From Eledone cirrhosa (lineage: Eukaryota): a stretch of 64,000 bases of DNA. The position numbers and the translations under genes are program-made. Where the stretch lies: the NCBI GenBank assembly GCA_964016885.1, contig OZ024742.1:214644001-214708000 (forward strand), given 5' to 3'. This document shows positions 41,843 through 54,974 of the stretch, in pieces. Below the pieces are notes generated by a model. The model did no database searches. It was given only the letters and a program-made list of their open reading frames with translations, and was not told where the DNA came from. Position 1 is the first letter of the stretch. Each line of letters opens with the position of its first letter.

Positions 41843-41936
41843 ACCCCTTGAGAAGATCGGCTATTTAAATACCAGGATAAATGTTCATTTAGTCCAGAAT
41901 TAGCCGTCGAAACGGCTTGAGCTCAGCTGTCGGGGT
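41843..41936 (+). ncRNA. Type I hammerhead, U3-A8 core variant
   Basis: acccc-TTGAGAA-ga(t)cggcta..tagccgtc-GAAA-cggc(t)tgagctcagctg-TC-ggggt. Confidence 0.8.
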
Positions 41937-42027
41937 CTTACTGGTTCCTATTACCCACTCTACTACCTCAAGTATTGAGTACTTTGGTGCGTTATGGTCC
42001 ACCTGGTTCCTTACCACATTTCCTTCG

Positions 42028-42074
<47 letters not shown>

Positions 42075-42109
42075 TACGTTCATATACATACGTACACACC
42101 GAAATAAAT

Positions 42110-43050
42110 ATCTGTAAATAAAAAAGAGGTGGGTGTGGACAGGGTAAGGTAGTAAGTGGGAGGAGGGATAAGAAATATAAATAACAGGAAACAAGTTTAC
42201 ATATAAGAGGAGATAAGGGAGAAAGGTTATAAGGGTACAGAAAGTGGGTTCAGAGAGGAATAAAAATCGTAGTGGATGTCAGGCGTAAAGAGCAAAAAGG
42301 AGTTCAAGGTGGTTGAGTCATCGTAGGAATGTCAATCCAGTTACAGAGAAGTTGTGATTTCAGGCGAGGACAACATCTGAAGAGCTCGGTCCTGGAGTTA
42401 AGGCATGTGGAAGTGGCTTTCAAATTGTGTAGAATTCTAAACTTTTTAGTGGTGCACAAAGAACAATTCTTTGTGCCCCTTTTGTATTCCCTCGAATGGT
42501 CTAAAATAGACCAATCGATAGAGTACGGGATGTGTTTATCTTTGAATTCCCACACATTATTTGCGAGAGCCGCTACTGTTCTTTTATCAGAGTGTTTAAA
42601 ATAAGCGACATGTGCATAAAACCTAGTTTTGAACCTGTCCTGAGTCATACCAACATTTCGTTCACTCCTGCCTGGCTGGTTGTTAATCAGCGGTGTCAAT
42701 TTCGCCTCATACACAACGGATTTGGTATTACATTTGCCCTGTAATGGGCATTCTTCCGGCTTCCTCCAACTGCATCCTGGATTTACTCCCGTACGATTAG
42801 AGTTGATAAATTTAGACGTCATTGAGGGACAGCAAGTTTAACTGATTTTAACTACATTTCTATTAAATATCTTATAATATCTATGATTAGGGGGGAAATA
42901 TTTGTCTAGGAGGTCAAGGAATGTCCTTCCTACATTAGTTTTGACAGTTAGAGAGAAGGGGGGGGGGGGGTGATGTTTATTACATAACTAATAATCTCTG
43001 TAACTTACATAGAGCACTATTTTTTCCTGGACCTTTCCGACGGAATTATT
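42110..43050 (-). pseudogene. PLE thumb/endonuclease fragment, tail-to-tail with the 39389 element
   Basis: [47 protein letters not shown] and CSLC. Confidence 0.85.
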
Positions 43051-43055
43051 TCATT

Positions 43056-43097
<42 letters not shown>

Positions 43098-43214
43098 CAT
43101 ATATACACACACACACACATATAGCGACGTCATAATGTCGTAATGCACACAGTCAGACATTCAGACAGATATCATAAGGGCGCAACCTTATATCTATGTA
43201 TCTATCTAAAAAGA

Positions 43215-43419
43215 AAGACTAAGATTATAATGAGCGATCGCTCAATCGCCTAATGCGGTCCCTAGGGCATTGGACAATTGAAATTTTCTTTGCTCAAAAC
43301 ACTCACAGGGCCATAAGTATTACATGTGTAAAGTTTGAAAACAATCAGTGAGTGATTCCCGAGGTTCAGGGAGTCAGACAGACAGACATACAGACATTCT
43401 CTGTTTTAGATATACAGAT
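43215..43419 (-). mobile_element. Non-autonomous Helitron/Helentron (DINE-like) element
   Basis: Minus strand starts a|TCtgtatatctaaaa, has a (GTCT)n tract and a distal palindrome tgagcgatcgctca. Confidence 0.55.
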
Positions 43420-45973
43420 TACTTTTTACTTTAACCCATATAGCACAGCGATATTGTCATTTCAAATTTTGAATCCTTTTTTTTCCTTCTTGATTCATAA
43501 ATGTTTGTGCATTAGTAGACATATCTCTACGATTTCCTTTTCTCTGAATATAAAGGTGTGGTGTTTTATCGGGCCGACATCTAATACAGTCAGCGAAGTT
43601 TATTTTAGATCAAATTGTTGGTTAAATTGACAGAGACAATTTGATAGGGGTCAATGTTTCTAATACATAACAGGACATCACATGAAATTATCAGGAATTG
43701 CAAACGTCCGTTCAATTTAGCGATGTCATATTAAATCCCATTGTGTTGGTGCAAACATATATCTGACGATAGTTCTGTTAGCTGTACTTAGGTGAACTCC
43801 GAAAATGACAAAAATATCTTTGTGTTTCCCATGAAGATGGTGGGAGCGTGAAATATACAATGACTGAAAGATTTACGCGATATTCTATAATTATGCAGAC
43901 TATGATAGCAATGTTTAGCATTGACACATATACATCATTTTTTTGGAGGTTTTCTCGATGAAATGTAATCCGTTCGTGGTTGTTATTTTTATCGATAAAA
44001 AAAAGGTTGAGCTCGACAGTATTTCAACTCAGATCATAATAAGTTTTAAGTTAATTCACTAATTAAAATTGCGAGCAGCTCGTACAATTTTACTAATCCA
44101 CCAATCTTATCAAAACATTCCAAATGTGGGTATATTTCTTCTTGATGGATAAATGTACTACCAATATTTATATATGCAAATTATAGGAAATGTATGGAAA
44201 GGCAGTTTTATTCATAGAAATATTTATTTATTATATCACTCTAGAAATAACATAGTGATAATATGAAGGCGCGGAGGATAAATGAAAAGCATAATAATTT
44301 CAGATGTTGCATATAGCTCAAATATTTTGATAAAACAGTATATGAAATGGGATTTTAATTAGTTTTATAAAAGGAAAAGTGTCGATACATATTTGGGTTG
44401 GTGACACTATGGTGATTGCATATATGGATCCGATATATAAAATTGAAGGAGTGCTTGGGTTTTTCAATGAAAAAACATGGTTGGTCGTATCGAAATGTCA
44501 CCCTATTTCAATCTAAATATTGTTTCCTTTCATTAAAAACAACTAAAGTCAAAAAGGAAACGAACACCATATGAAACACATTTAGAATTATAAATGCTGA
44601 TCCATGACAGATCATCCACCAGATACGGTTGAGGGGGATGACGAGGAGTAAAAATTGCAGTGAAATACGAAATGACATATCTTTCTGATTATAATGATTG
44701 TTATTTGTTTAATTAACATATAGATATAAATTAATATAAAATTTAGATAGCGAGCTATGTGCATATTTCTCTGGTGGGTGTCTGCAGCTCAGATTCTTTG
44801 ATGTTAGATACATTGCTAAGGAACTTCAGAGTATAGGAACTCTGCGAGTAAAATGTCCATGATGGTTTCTGATAATTCTCTCAAGAGAGAAGGGAAAACA
44901 GTTTAAATTATATTATATTACCTTTATGTTTACAACATTAATCATTAAAATCATGGCAATATGTCTCTTGTTATTTCACAGCAATTGCTATTATTTAGAG
45001 TTCTTCCAACCTCAATCTACTGAAACTTATAGATGGATTTATCAAAAAGAAGCATTCTTGAAGATGCGGTATACACAACCACTTTCAGTTCAACAGAATT
45101 CTAGTCACTTCACATTTCTAAGTAAGTTAGTGTTGTTTGTTCTGGATTTCTAATATAATCGACAAGAAGCTAACAGAAATCATGTACAAGTATATTTGTG
45201 CTCGCCCTAAAACTTACGTTTTAAGAGAAGTTTAATTGAGAACACGCAAAAAGTGGCCTAAACCGATACAGAAACTATCATGAATATAACTACTGATTAG
45301 CGATCTAACTTTGGAAGGTAAATAATGCCTAGATGTGAGATATATTCAGCCATTAACAGGTTCATTATACTATAATTTGTAATTGCCCATTACTTATATA
45401 ACAAAATTCGCAGAAGCTGAAATTCCCGAGGAAAAATTAAAAAATATTTCTCGTCTGAATAACTATCTAACTCTGTATTTGTTACTTATCTTGCTCTTTC
45501 CTTAGCTAATACATTTACGTATATATGATAATACTCATGTTTATTGTGCATAGATACAGACTGGCACATAAACATGATAACATAAGTGCCCCAGTCTATT
45601 CTTCTTTCTTTGAAATATACTCTCATTATCCATACACGATAAAGCTATCTTCAATTTGATTTTGGCTTGAAATGTTAAATCTAATAGAATATGGTACATA
45701 TCTTCTTCAATTTAAATTCCTAATAAATCTAACGTAAACCCAACGTTTTTCATAATACAAATATACGCAATTTCTTTTCTAGTCTAACTCAGTATTACGA
45801 TCTCTAACCATTTACACTTTTCGAAGAATATATTACTATTCTGAAATTACGAATCAAACGTTCCTTATCGTTGTAGTAAGATACTTTGGTGAGGTAAACG
45901 AAATAGATATCTGTTCAAACAATCTACTTACACAAAGTAACGTCATTGCTACGAAACAACAATCAGCAAAGAC

Positions 45974-46007
<34 letters not shown>

Positions 46008-46033
46008 ATGTATGTGTGTGTGTGTGTGTGCGT

Positions 46034-46077
<44 letters not shown>

Positions 46078-46439
46078 ACCATCAGAAATTGATATATACA
46101 GAAGAAATACGTATGTCTTATTTATAAATTTAAAACCTACTAGCACTTCTTTCATCTTTAATCTAAACATAGGTCATTTGGTTTAAAAGGTTAACTCTTC
46201 GGTTAAAGATAACAATCCCATATTTATTTGATAAGGGTAATGTAATAATCTGACTAAAACTATGAAGTGAAATTGTACATTTCAATGGCAATCTTTATAG
46301 ACTTAAGAACTGGAATCATTGAATATCCACCAGTTTCTATATAAACAATATTTTCGGATATTTTCATAATAAGCTCTGAACAATTCATTATATTATATAT
46401 CATTAAAAATAGAATACCTAAAGACAAACACACATATGC

Positions 46440-46589
<150 letters not shown>

Positions 46590-46642
46590 AGAGAGAGAGA
46601 GAGAGATACAGAGACGCATATATATATATATATTAATGTTCA

Positions 46643-47157
46643 GAGCCATCCACCATCTGAGTGAGTTTCTTTGTCAGTGTCCAAGTCTCAGACCCGTACA
46701 ACAGCACAGACTCCACTACAGCAATGAAGAGGCGGATTTTCAGGTCTTTATGAAGGTCCGACTTCCACACCGATCTCAAGCTGTGGCACGCCGCCCAGGC
46801 TTTGCTCTTCCTCTCAACCACATCATCTTCCGTATTCCCAATCTTTGCTCCCAAATACACTGAGGATGAAAAACTCAGAGCTGTATGGGAGCATCCCAAA
46901 AGTCAGCTCAAAAGTGACACAGAGGAGACTGAGGTTAGCTGGACATGCTCATCGACATCCAGAGTTGACATTGCACTCAGTGCTCCTGTGGTAGCCCCTA
47001 CATGGACACACTAAAAGAGGAAGACCAAGGTTAACGTATGTTGATGCCCTAAGGACAGACACTGGTCTGTTGGAGACGCAGGACATGGCAGCGATAATGA
47101 GGGACAGAGACCGCTGGACAGAACTCGTCTATGGATCTCGGGAATTTTACCCGCCTT

Positions 47158-47160
<3 letters not shown>
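46643..47160. mobile_element. RTE-like LINE 3' fragment with 5' inversion
   Basis: Minus 46643-46858 reads YLG..VESVLLYGSETWTL. Plus 46860-47150 reads RRLRLAGH..RGRPRLTYVD..MRDRDRW. Confidence 0.85.
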
Positions 47161-47209
<49 letters not shown>

Positions 47210-47213
<4 letters not shown>

Positions 47214-47338
47214 CGAAGGAAATGTGGTAAGGAACCAGGTGAACCATAACGCACCAAAGTACTCAATACTTAGGGTAGTAGAGTGGGTAATAGGAACGAG
47301 TAGGACCCCGACGGCTGAGCTCAAGCCGTTTCGACGGT
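47210..47338 (-). mobile_element. Solo tail of the 39389 PLE family (3' half of HHR)
   Basis: Reverse complement of 41904-42030, flanked by (TA)n. Confidence 0.9.
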
Positions 47339-47348
47339 CCTACTCGTT

Positions 47349-47384
<36 letters not shown>

Positions 47385-47387
47385 CAT

Positions 47388-48057
47388 AGTAATAATAATA
47401 AATTTGAAGACTAAAATCCAAAGAGAGCTCGATAATTTATTTTAATATATATATATATATATATATAGTAATAATAATAAGTGTAAAGACTAAAATCCAA
47501 AGGGGGTTCGATAAGGATAAATATATATTAAATATATAAGAATCGTAGTGCAAATATTTATTAAAATAACAGATTAAAGTTTTAGCAAAGAATCGCTGCT
47601 TTCACCCTTAAAGGGATCTTCTGAAACTAAAAAAAATCAATCTGTGAAAGCCGAAGTAAATATTTCAAAAAACGTTGCAACCGGAGGAAGACAAGAAGAC
47701 GATACTTTGGTTCGTGAAGACGTTCCCTGACAATGAACGAAAAAAAAACGAAGATAATATATCGTTATGTGGACCGTTGTGAACAATTAAACGCAAAGGC
47801 AAGACCACGTTTATGGTATAAAAGAAGTCGTAGAATACTATTAACTGGTCCGCTCCAAATACTGACGTTTTATCTTCGTTTTTTCCGTTCTCTGCCAGGG
47901 AACGTCTCCATGAACCACAGTATCATCTTCCTGTCTTCCTTCGGTTGCAACGTTTTTTGAAATATATACTTCTGCATTCATAGATTGATTTTTTTAGATT
48001 CAGAAGATCCCGTTAAGAGTGAAAGCAGCAATTCTTTGCTTAAACATTAATTTGTTA

Positions 48058-48065
<8 letters not shown>
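47388..48065 (-). mobile_element. Fold-back pLTR dimer (CAGAAGA HHR family), copy 1 with extra tail
   Basis: ~200-bp inverted arms; reverse complement of 57683-58397. Confidence 0.88.
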
Positions 48066-48120
<55 letters not shown>

Positions 48121-48124
<4 letters not shown>

Positions 48125-50085
48125 ATAATAATAAGTGTAAAGACTAAAATCCAAGGAGGGCTCGATAAGGATAAATATATATTAAATATATAAGAATCGT
48201 AGAGCAAATATTTATTAAAATAACAGATTAAAGTTTTAGCAAAGAATCGCTGCTTTCACCCTTAAAGGGATCTTCTGAAACTAAACAAATCAATATGTGA
48301 AGGCAGAAGTAAATATTTCGAAAAACGTTGCAACCGAAGGAGAACAGGAAGACGATACTTTGGTTCGTGGAGACGTTCCCTGGCAATGAACGGGAAAAAG
48401 CGAATACAATACGTCGTTAGTGGAGCGATGAGAACAATTACACGCGAAGAGAAAACCACGTTTATGGTGTAAATGAAGTCGTAGACTAATATTCTGTTTA
48501 GGAAGCCGAATGATTCTCGGCCTCAGAGTTAAGAATAATGTACATAAATTAGTAGAACGAAAATGACAGAGGTTATTAAAATCAATAATAATTAAATATA
48601 TATATACACGTACATACTCAAAAACACTCGTCATGCATATACATGCGCGTACACATAAATACACGCACACATACATCATCCCGCGTGACACATGTACCCG
48701 CACACAAGCAAATGTATATATCAAAAACAAATAAATAAAATATATATGAGTGTGTGTGCGTATACATATAATTATGTAAACGTATATAAATATACACACA
48801 TAAATACGTATATAGTGCACGCACACACATAACTGTAAGTAAACACACATATGTTCACCAAACGTACATCAACCAAAACACAAAGTACACATATGCACAC
48901 ATTACATACGTGCAAACACGCATACAAACACAAAATACACATATACACATAACAGTACATACACATGTACCAGTATATATAATATAATATATACACCTAT
49001 AACAAATACAAGCATATATACGTACGAGAAATTATACGTAACTTCACAAAACATAAGGGGAAGATAATCTTACCTATACAAATACGTAATTGTAATAACA
49101 TAATATATACTTAGCTACCACATCAAGACTTAAATTATCCACGTATTGTTCGTACTATCCGTTAGGGTATAATGTGGGGCTGTAATATAGGAAAGTTTTA
49201 TGCAATTTCTGTTTACATGCCAAAATTGCCTCAGATTTTTGTTTAAGATGTGGTCTTTGGCGTAGAGTATTTCCAAGACTTCACCGGCGCAAAAATTACA
49301 TAGTCTTTTATTTACGTTATACGATCTAGCTTTAACTAGTGTAACTTTAACTAGCCCAGTGTAACCTATATTGAGTCTTGTTATCTTTTAGACTCCAGAT
49401 ATAAGCTGAAAGTGACGTCATATTCCTCCTTAAAGGGTTAAGAAGAGAATGTGTGTGCATAATGACGCTGCTTGAATCTATAGGCGATTAAACCTATGGG
49501 TTTTTCGATCTTACATTTGTAGACAATGTTACTGGAGAGGCATTTCCCGGATTGAAGGCATCCAACCCGATTCTTACAGTTACAGTTAGTGCTAGCTACA
49601 GGGTTGTACGTGTTCGTACGGCTAGGCAATTTAGCTAATTTTGAAGCAGTGATGTTGTGAGTAAGGTTAGGAGTCGTAGAGTAAGACATTTTAATGGTAT
49701 TTCTATTAAAAATGTTATTATATTTATATGCTGAGAGGAAAGGCTTCTTAATAAGGGATAGAAAGATCTTAGCTACTGGTGTGGCCACCTCCATATTATA
49801 TGGTGGGTTATACCATATAATAAGTCGGGATCTATTTTTCCTTGGTCTATGCTCATACTTAGTATATGCTACCTTATCGACAATCCACTCCGAGCAAGAG
49901 CTTCATTGTAATATGTGGAAAGGTCGGTGAATATATGCTCGTTTGTAGATAGACAGGAAAGGCACAATGAAACGTTTCTTACCAGGTACTTGGTTATGCT
50001 GGCAGCATGGTTAGAATGGTCACTTATGTAATTAAGCGTGTCATTCGGCTTTCAATACGGGTAGTACAAGCCATTCGACAAATCG
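48121..50085 (-). mobile_element. Decayed 5'-truncated PLE; probable 3' pLTR (48121-48490) is of the CAGAAGA family
   Basis: VDLSNGLYYPY, CNCKNRVGC, IVYKC and CNFCAGE at 49170-50085. The pLTR is co-oriented ~1 kb downstream; the linkage is inferred. Confidence 0.75.
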
Positions 50086-50117
50086 ACAAATTGACCCTCC
50101 CCAAGTATAACTATATA

Positions 50118-50173
<56 letters not shown>

Positions 50174-50180
50174 TATATAT

Positions 50181-50430
50181 ATTGTTATACTTGGAGAGGT
50201 TCATATTGTTGTAATAATATTGCCAGAAATAATAACAGAACACACTCACTGTTTGGTTGGTTGTCGCTTCTGTATCTTTTATATCTCCACAGTTAATTCA
50301 TTTGGTCCTCAATATTTACCATTGACTGACCAACAGTAAAAAATACAGATATAATATAGATATAAACACATATTTATAGTCTAACAAAGTTCTTTCGTTG
50401 GAGATTTGCAACATCATCAGTGGTACTATT
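50181..50430 (-). mobile_element. Solo pLTR with decayed hammerhead (50382-50425)
   Basis: Minus strand reads tacca-CTGATGA-tgttg..caac-GAAA-gaac-TT-tgtta. The tail ends ccaagtataacaat at (TA)n. Confidence 0.55.
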
Positions 50431-50693
50431 ATGTTACTCCTGTTGTATTGTATGTCTAAGCCATATTTATTTTATCTGTTTATTTATTTTTTTTGTTCTT
50501 CTCTGCGCATGCGTTTGCGTGTGCGTATAGTGTTTAGTGTGTGTGTTCGGGTTTGGGTGACTGTGTTTTGGTTATTGTATTCTATCTTGGTTTACTAGTG
50601 TGTGTTTATATGTGGTTGTTGTTATTGTGCTTGTGTATATATTTTTCTACTATATATATATATATATAGTAGAATATATATATATACATATAT

Positions 50694-50860
50694 GTAGGAG
50701 GTGAGTTTTATTGTAGTACAATAAAGCAATGCAGATATCGGATAAGAAGCACTCTACAGTTTGTAGGACTGGAGTATACATAATATATGAGATCAAAAGA
50801 TGGTTAAAAGAGTTCCATGTATTTTATTATGCGCATAATAAAATACATGGAACTCTTTTA
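50694..50860 (-). mobile_element. Full tail of the 15728 PLE family with a 56-bp palindrome
   Basis: Matches 19532-19580 and 15728-15762. Confidence 0.85.
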
Positions 50861-50864
50861 GTAT

Positions 50865-50960
<96 letters not shown>

Positions 50961-51839
50961 ATACTTTGGGAGGGTCATGTTGCCAATCATGTTGCAAATT
51001 CAGAAACGAAATATATATATGTATATATATATATATATATATACACATAGATGTTTGTATTTATTTATGTATGTGTGGCTGTATGTGTCTGTGTGAAAGG
51101 CCACGTGTTCAGATTGTTTCAATGATGATTTTAATGTCGTAAGTTCGATTTATGATGTCGCGCTTGTATTTAAACAACAAACTATATTTCACGTTACTCC
51201 AATCCGCTAAGCTCGTATCCGTAATTCAATGGGTCAGCCTTGTTCAATATTACCAAGTTGAATTTTCCTGAGAACTACGTTTCTGGGATTTGGCTCCAGT
51301 ATGTATATTTTTCTAGTGTTTGGAGCTGTCTTATATTTTTATAATTAGTTGCTTCTTTGATTTCAACATTTGATCTTCACAATCTTCATAAAAGAAGGGA
51401 TGCTTTTTATGGAGATATGATTTCGTCATTCCTGGTATTATACTTCAACGGATTTCTCACCTTTGCTTATTTCCTCTCCGTACATAATGGTAATCTATAT
51501 ATATTTTTCTTCCTATTATTCTATTGGTGGTTAGACAATGCTGGAAGGCTCTTTGATCAAGTATATTTCTCAATTGTTTCAATTTTTATTGTACAAATTC
51601 TATTAGCTATCTTAATATGTTCGTGTCTGTATGTGTTGGAAAGCTAGACGTGAAGGTTAACTTTGGGTTCTGTGGGTTTATAGGAAATGTCAATTAATAT
51701 TTTCGCATCTGTTTATTATGATTAAGATATCCCATCACTGTTTTTGTTTTTAAAATCCACCGTGAATTGATTGTCAGAGCTTACATTATTCATCATTGTT
51801 TTCTTTTATTTTAGTGTATCAAGGATTTCCTGCTAGAAG

Positions 51840-52930
51840 ACAAATCAATACTAAGACAGAAGTTGACGGAACTATACCGGTCCTTCAAGAAGCAAGGTAA
51901 ACCAAAACGAGAAGTCGAAGATTCAATAGTAGTCTACATGTACAAGCGAAAGGTGAGTATCCAATGCAATGGCATCTATCCTGGCCTCTTTCTGTTCTTC
52001 ATTGCTCCGGAAAACCTACTCAGAATTCTTTTCAACCATCTCATCCCAAACCTGAGATTGATATGCTCCTTGAAAACCACTGCGGCTTCTGTGCATGAGG
52101 TGGCACTGTAGATCTGATGACAGCTGCGTTTATCTACAGTGAACGTTGCCAGGAAGTGTACGAGAAATTATATTGCACATTTATTTTTATTGATCAAGCC
52201 AAGGAATTTAACAAAGCAAGAAAGCATTTAGAAAATTACATGTAATTTTGGGGTCCCAGTCAAATTTACCTAATTTGACAGTCAGTTTTACGACAGTATG
52301 TTGGTGAAGCATCGCCAGATTTTTCTATTGGTGACAGTTTAAATCGTAATTTTTTTCTGACACCAATACTGTGATCTTAATCATCCTCAAAGACAGCCTT
52401 AACGACAATCCTCCGCTACGTGTTGGCATTCACTGCACAACTGATTGTGAGTTTCGCTAACTAGGATCCCTGGAAGTAATCACTAATGTTTAATGCAGAA
52501 ATATTCTTGCTTTCTCTTTGCAGAGGAATTTGCACTGAATGACAGTACATCAAACGGCATACATAACCATGGGTAGGATTTCGATGGCATTGCAAAATGT
52601 TGGCGTCATTATCAGCAGTGATATATCAAATCTCAGCAGTCCACTATTACACCGAAAGAAAAATAATGCCAAAAGTTATCTCCTCCCGAGCAGAAGAGAA
52701 TTTCCCCTGTAGTACCACCCATCTATAGCGGTAGGTCCGCATTAATGATACGGTCAATTCTAAGATAGCTAGTTAAGTACAACTCTTGGAAAACTACGCT
52801 TCACATTCTATGATCATAAATACATATACTTTATTATCAAGCTTAATTCCTACCAAACATTTGTAATATTCCTTTGCAATGTCTGCTAGTCTTGTAGAGA
52901 TACGGCAAACATCCATTTTGCATTACGTGT
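51840..52930 (+). mobile_element. Highly decayed RTE/BovB-like LINE RT
   Basis: MYKRK..CNGIYPGL..LLRILFNHL and ENHCGF..GTVDLM remnants. Confidence 0.6.
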
Positions 52931-52938
52931 CATTAAGA

Positions 52939-53086
52939 TTAATTGTTTCTACTTTAGGCACAAGGCCAGCAATTATCCAGTGCATTACTGGTACTTTTAT
53001 TTTATCGACCCCGTAAGGATGAAAGGCTAAGTAAACCTCGGCGCGATTTGAACTCAGATCGTAAAGGGACGTAACTATGCTGGAAA
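52939..53086 (-). mobile_element. SINE (main family), 5'-truncated
   Basis: Homology to other copies; taagattaat is repeated at both ends. Confidence 0.85.
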
Positions 53087-53112
53087 TAAGATTAATGCAC
53101 ATTAATTAGGAA

Positions 53113-53308
53113 AAAAGGGCGGAGAATTGGCAGTATCGGTAGAGAGTCGGACACCATGCTTTGAAGCATAGAGTTACGTCCCTTTATGATCTGAGTTCAA
53201 ATCCCGCCGAGGTTAACTTTGCCTTTCATCCTTACGGGGTCGATGAAATAAAGTACCAGTAATGAACTGGTTAATTGCTGGCCTTGTGCCTAAAATAGAA
53301 ACAATTAA
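53113..53308 (+). mobile_element. SINE (main family), near full length
   Basis: TSD attaattaggaa at 53101-53112 and 53304-53315. Confidence 0.88.
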
Positions 53309-53640
53309 TTAGGAAGATATCAAATATGAGGGTCTTTATAAAATACCCCCTCCACTGCAATAAATTGCCGTCCACAAAAATATCATTTAAATGCCTCCGG
53401 TCAGATTACAGAATATAACTTGTAGTGTCTAAAAGAATATTCTGCAGTTATTCACTCGATATAACACAGAAGATAACGGGCCAAAACAACAGATCAGGCT
53501 ATGTAATGGAGCAAATTCATCGTAAGGTGCAAGGAAGGTCAGCAGAAAGTAAATACGATGTCGGGAAAGTCCTGCTTAGCACACATTATAAATGAAATCC
53601 TATTTGTTTACGTAAATACAGACACGTAAACATCCACAAA

Positions 53641-53726
<86 letters not shown>

Positions 53727-53760
53727 TATGTATATATATGTATATATATATATATATATA

Positions 53761-54881
53761 TAGAAGTGGTTACACAACAGTTAGTTCACCATACCGAGAA
53801 CATTTGTTTCACCTTCGCGGATCTTCAGCTCGGGATGTGTATGGTTATAGGAACAGGAAGGACAACCGTACGACGCGCATGCACAGAAACTCGGTCACTT
53901 CACACAGGCAATATTAGACTGCGTACGGGAGGTGTAAGGGAGATAACTGCGGTACTTATAGATAGCGCTATTTATAGAGAGCGGTGTTTATAGATAGATA
54001 CTTCCCCATAGGTCATAAATACCGCTCCATCTTTAACCGACACAAAGTTAAACTAGGATACTCCTTCCTGAAGTCCCACATCACCAGCAGCCCTAGGAGA
54101 AACACCCCACCAGGGTTCTCTTGCCGTAAGCCTGACGCTTGCCCCCTTCAACAGCAATGCAAAACACCAGCTGTAATCTATGAAGCTGTGGTCACTTCCA
54201 ACCGACCAAACAACCACAGGAGGTCAAATCCTATGTGGGCATGGCGGAGGGCCGATTCAAGGAGCGTTTCCTGAACCACCAGTCTACCTTCAGATACCTG
54301 GACAGACGTTCATCCACGAAACTCGCGAGCCACGTATGGTCCCTCAAGGACTCAAGTATAGACTACTCCATTCAATGGAAAGCCATCACTAAGTCCAAGC
54401 CATACGCAAGGGGAAATCCGACGTGTGGCTTATGTATCGACGAACAAATAACTATCCTAAAGACATTACGCAATAGTGATTGGCTAAACACGAGGAGTGA
54501 ATTTTTCACACCTTGTCCACACGTCACCAAACATCTAATGCATAACTACAAGGCTCCGGACTGACTCTTTGTAATTTTATTTTTAATTTTTTAAATTTTA
54601 TTTTCAACCTAAAAACTTTCCGGACCTTCGCAGTTATCTCTCTTACACCTCCCGCAAGCAGTCTAGTATTGCCTGTGTGAAGTGACCGAGTTTCTGCGCA
54701 TGCGCGTTCGTACGGTTGTCCTTCCTGTTCCTATAATCATACACATCCCGAGCTGAAGATCCGCGAAGGTGAAACAATTGTTCTCGGTATGGTGAACTAA
54801 CTGTTGTGTAACCACTTCTACCTAACTCGTCCCTTGGACTGAGTGCTCTACCACTACGGATTTTACCTTCCAGTGTTCCAC

Positions 54882-54885
<4 letters not shown>
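53761..54885 (+). mobile_element. 5'-truncated PLE (EN fragment 53984-54564) with inverted 5' pLTR
   Basis: Arms 53761-53950 and 54629-54820 are inverted. Motifs CPLQQQC, VIYEA, GMAEGRFKERF and CGLC are present. (TA)n lies on both sides. Confidence 0.9.
54748..54787 (+). ncRNA. Minimal type I hammerhead (mirror copy 53794-53833 on minus strand)
   Basis: ccgag-CTGAAGA-tccgcgaaggt-GAAA-caattg-TT-ctcgg. Confidence 0.82.

Positions 54886-54970
<85 letters not shown>

Positions 54971-54974
<4 letters not shown>

Larger units (their letters stand above)
39389..42030 (+). mobile_element. 5'-truncated PLE (second family) in (TA)n
   Basis: Open RT-EN frame, a ~1.3-kb 3' UTR with HHR, and (TA)n on both sides. 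Confidence 0.92.
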
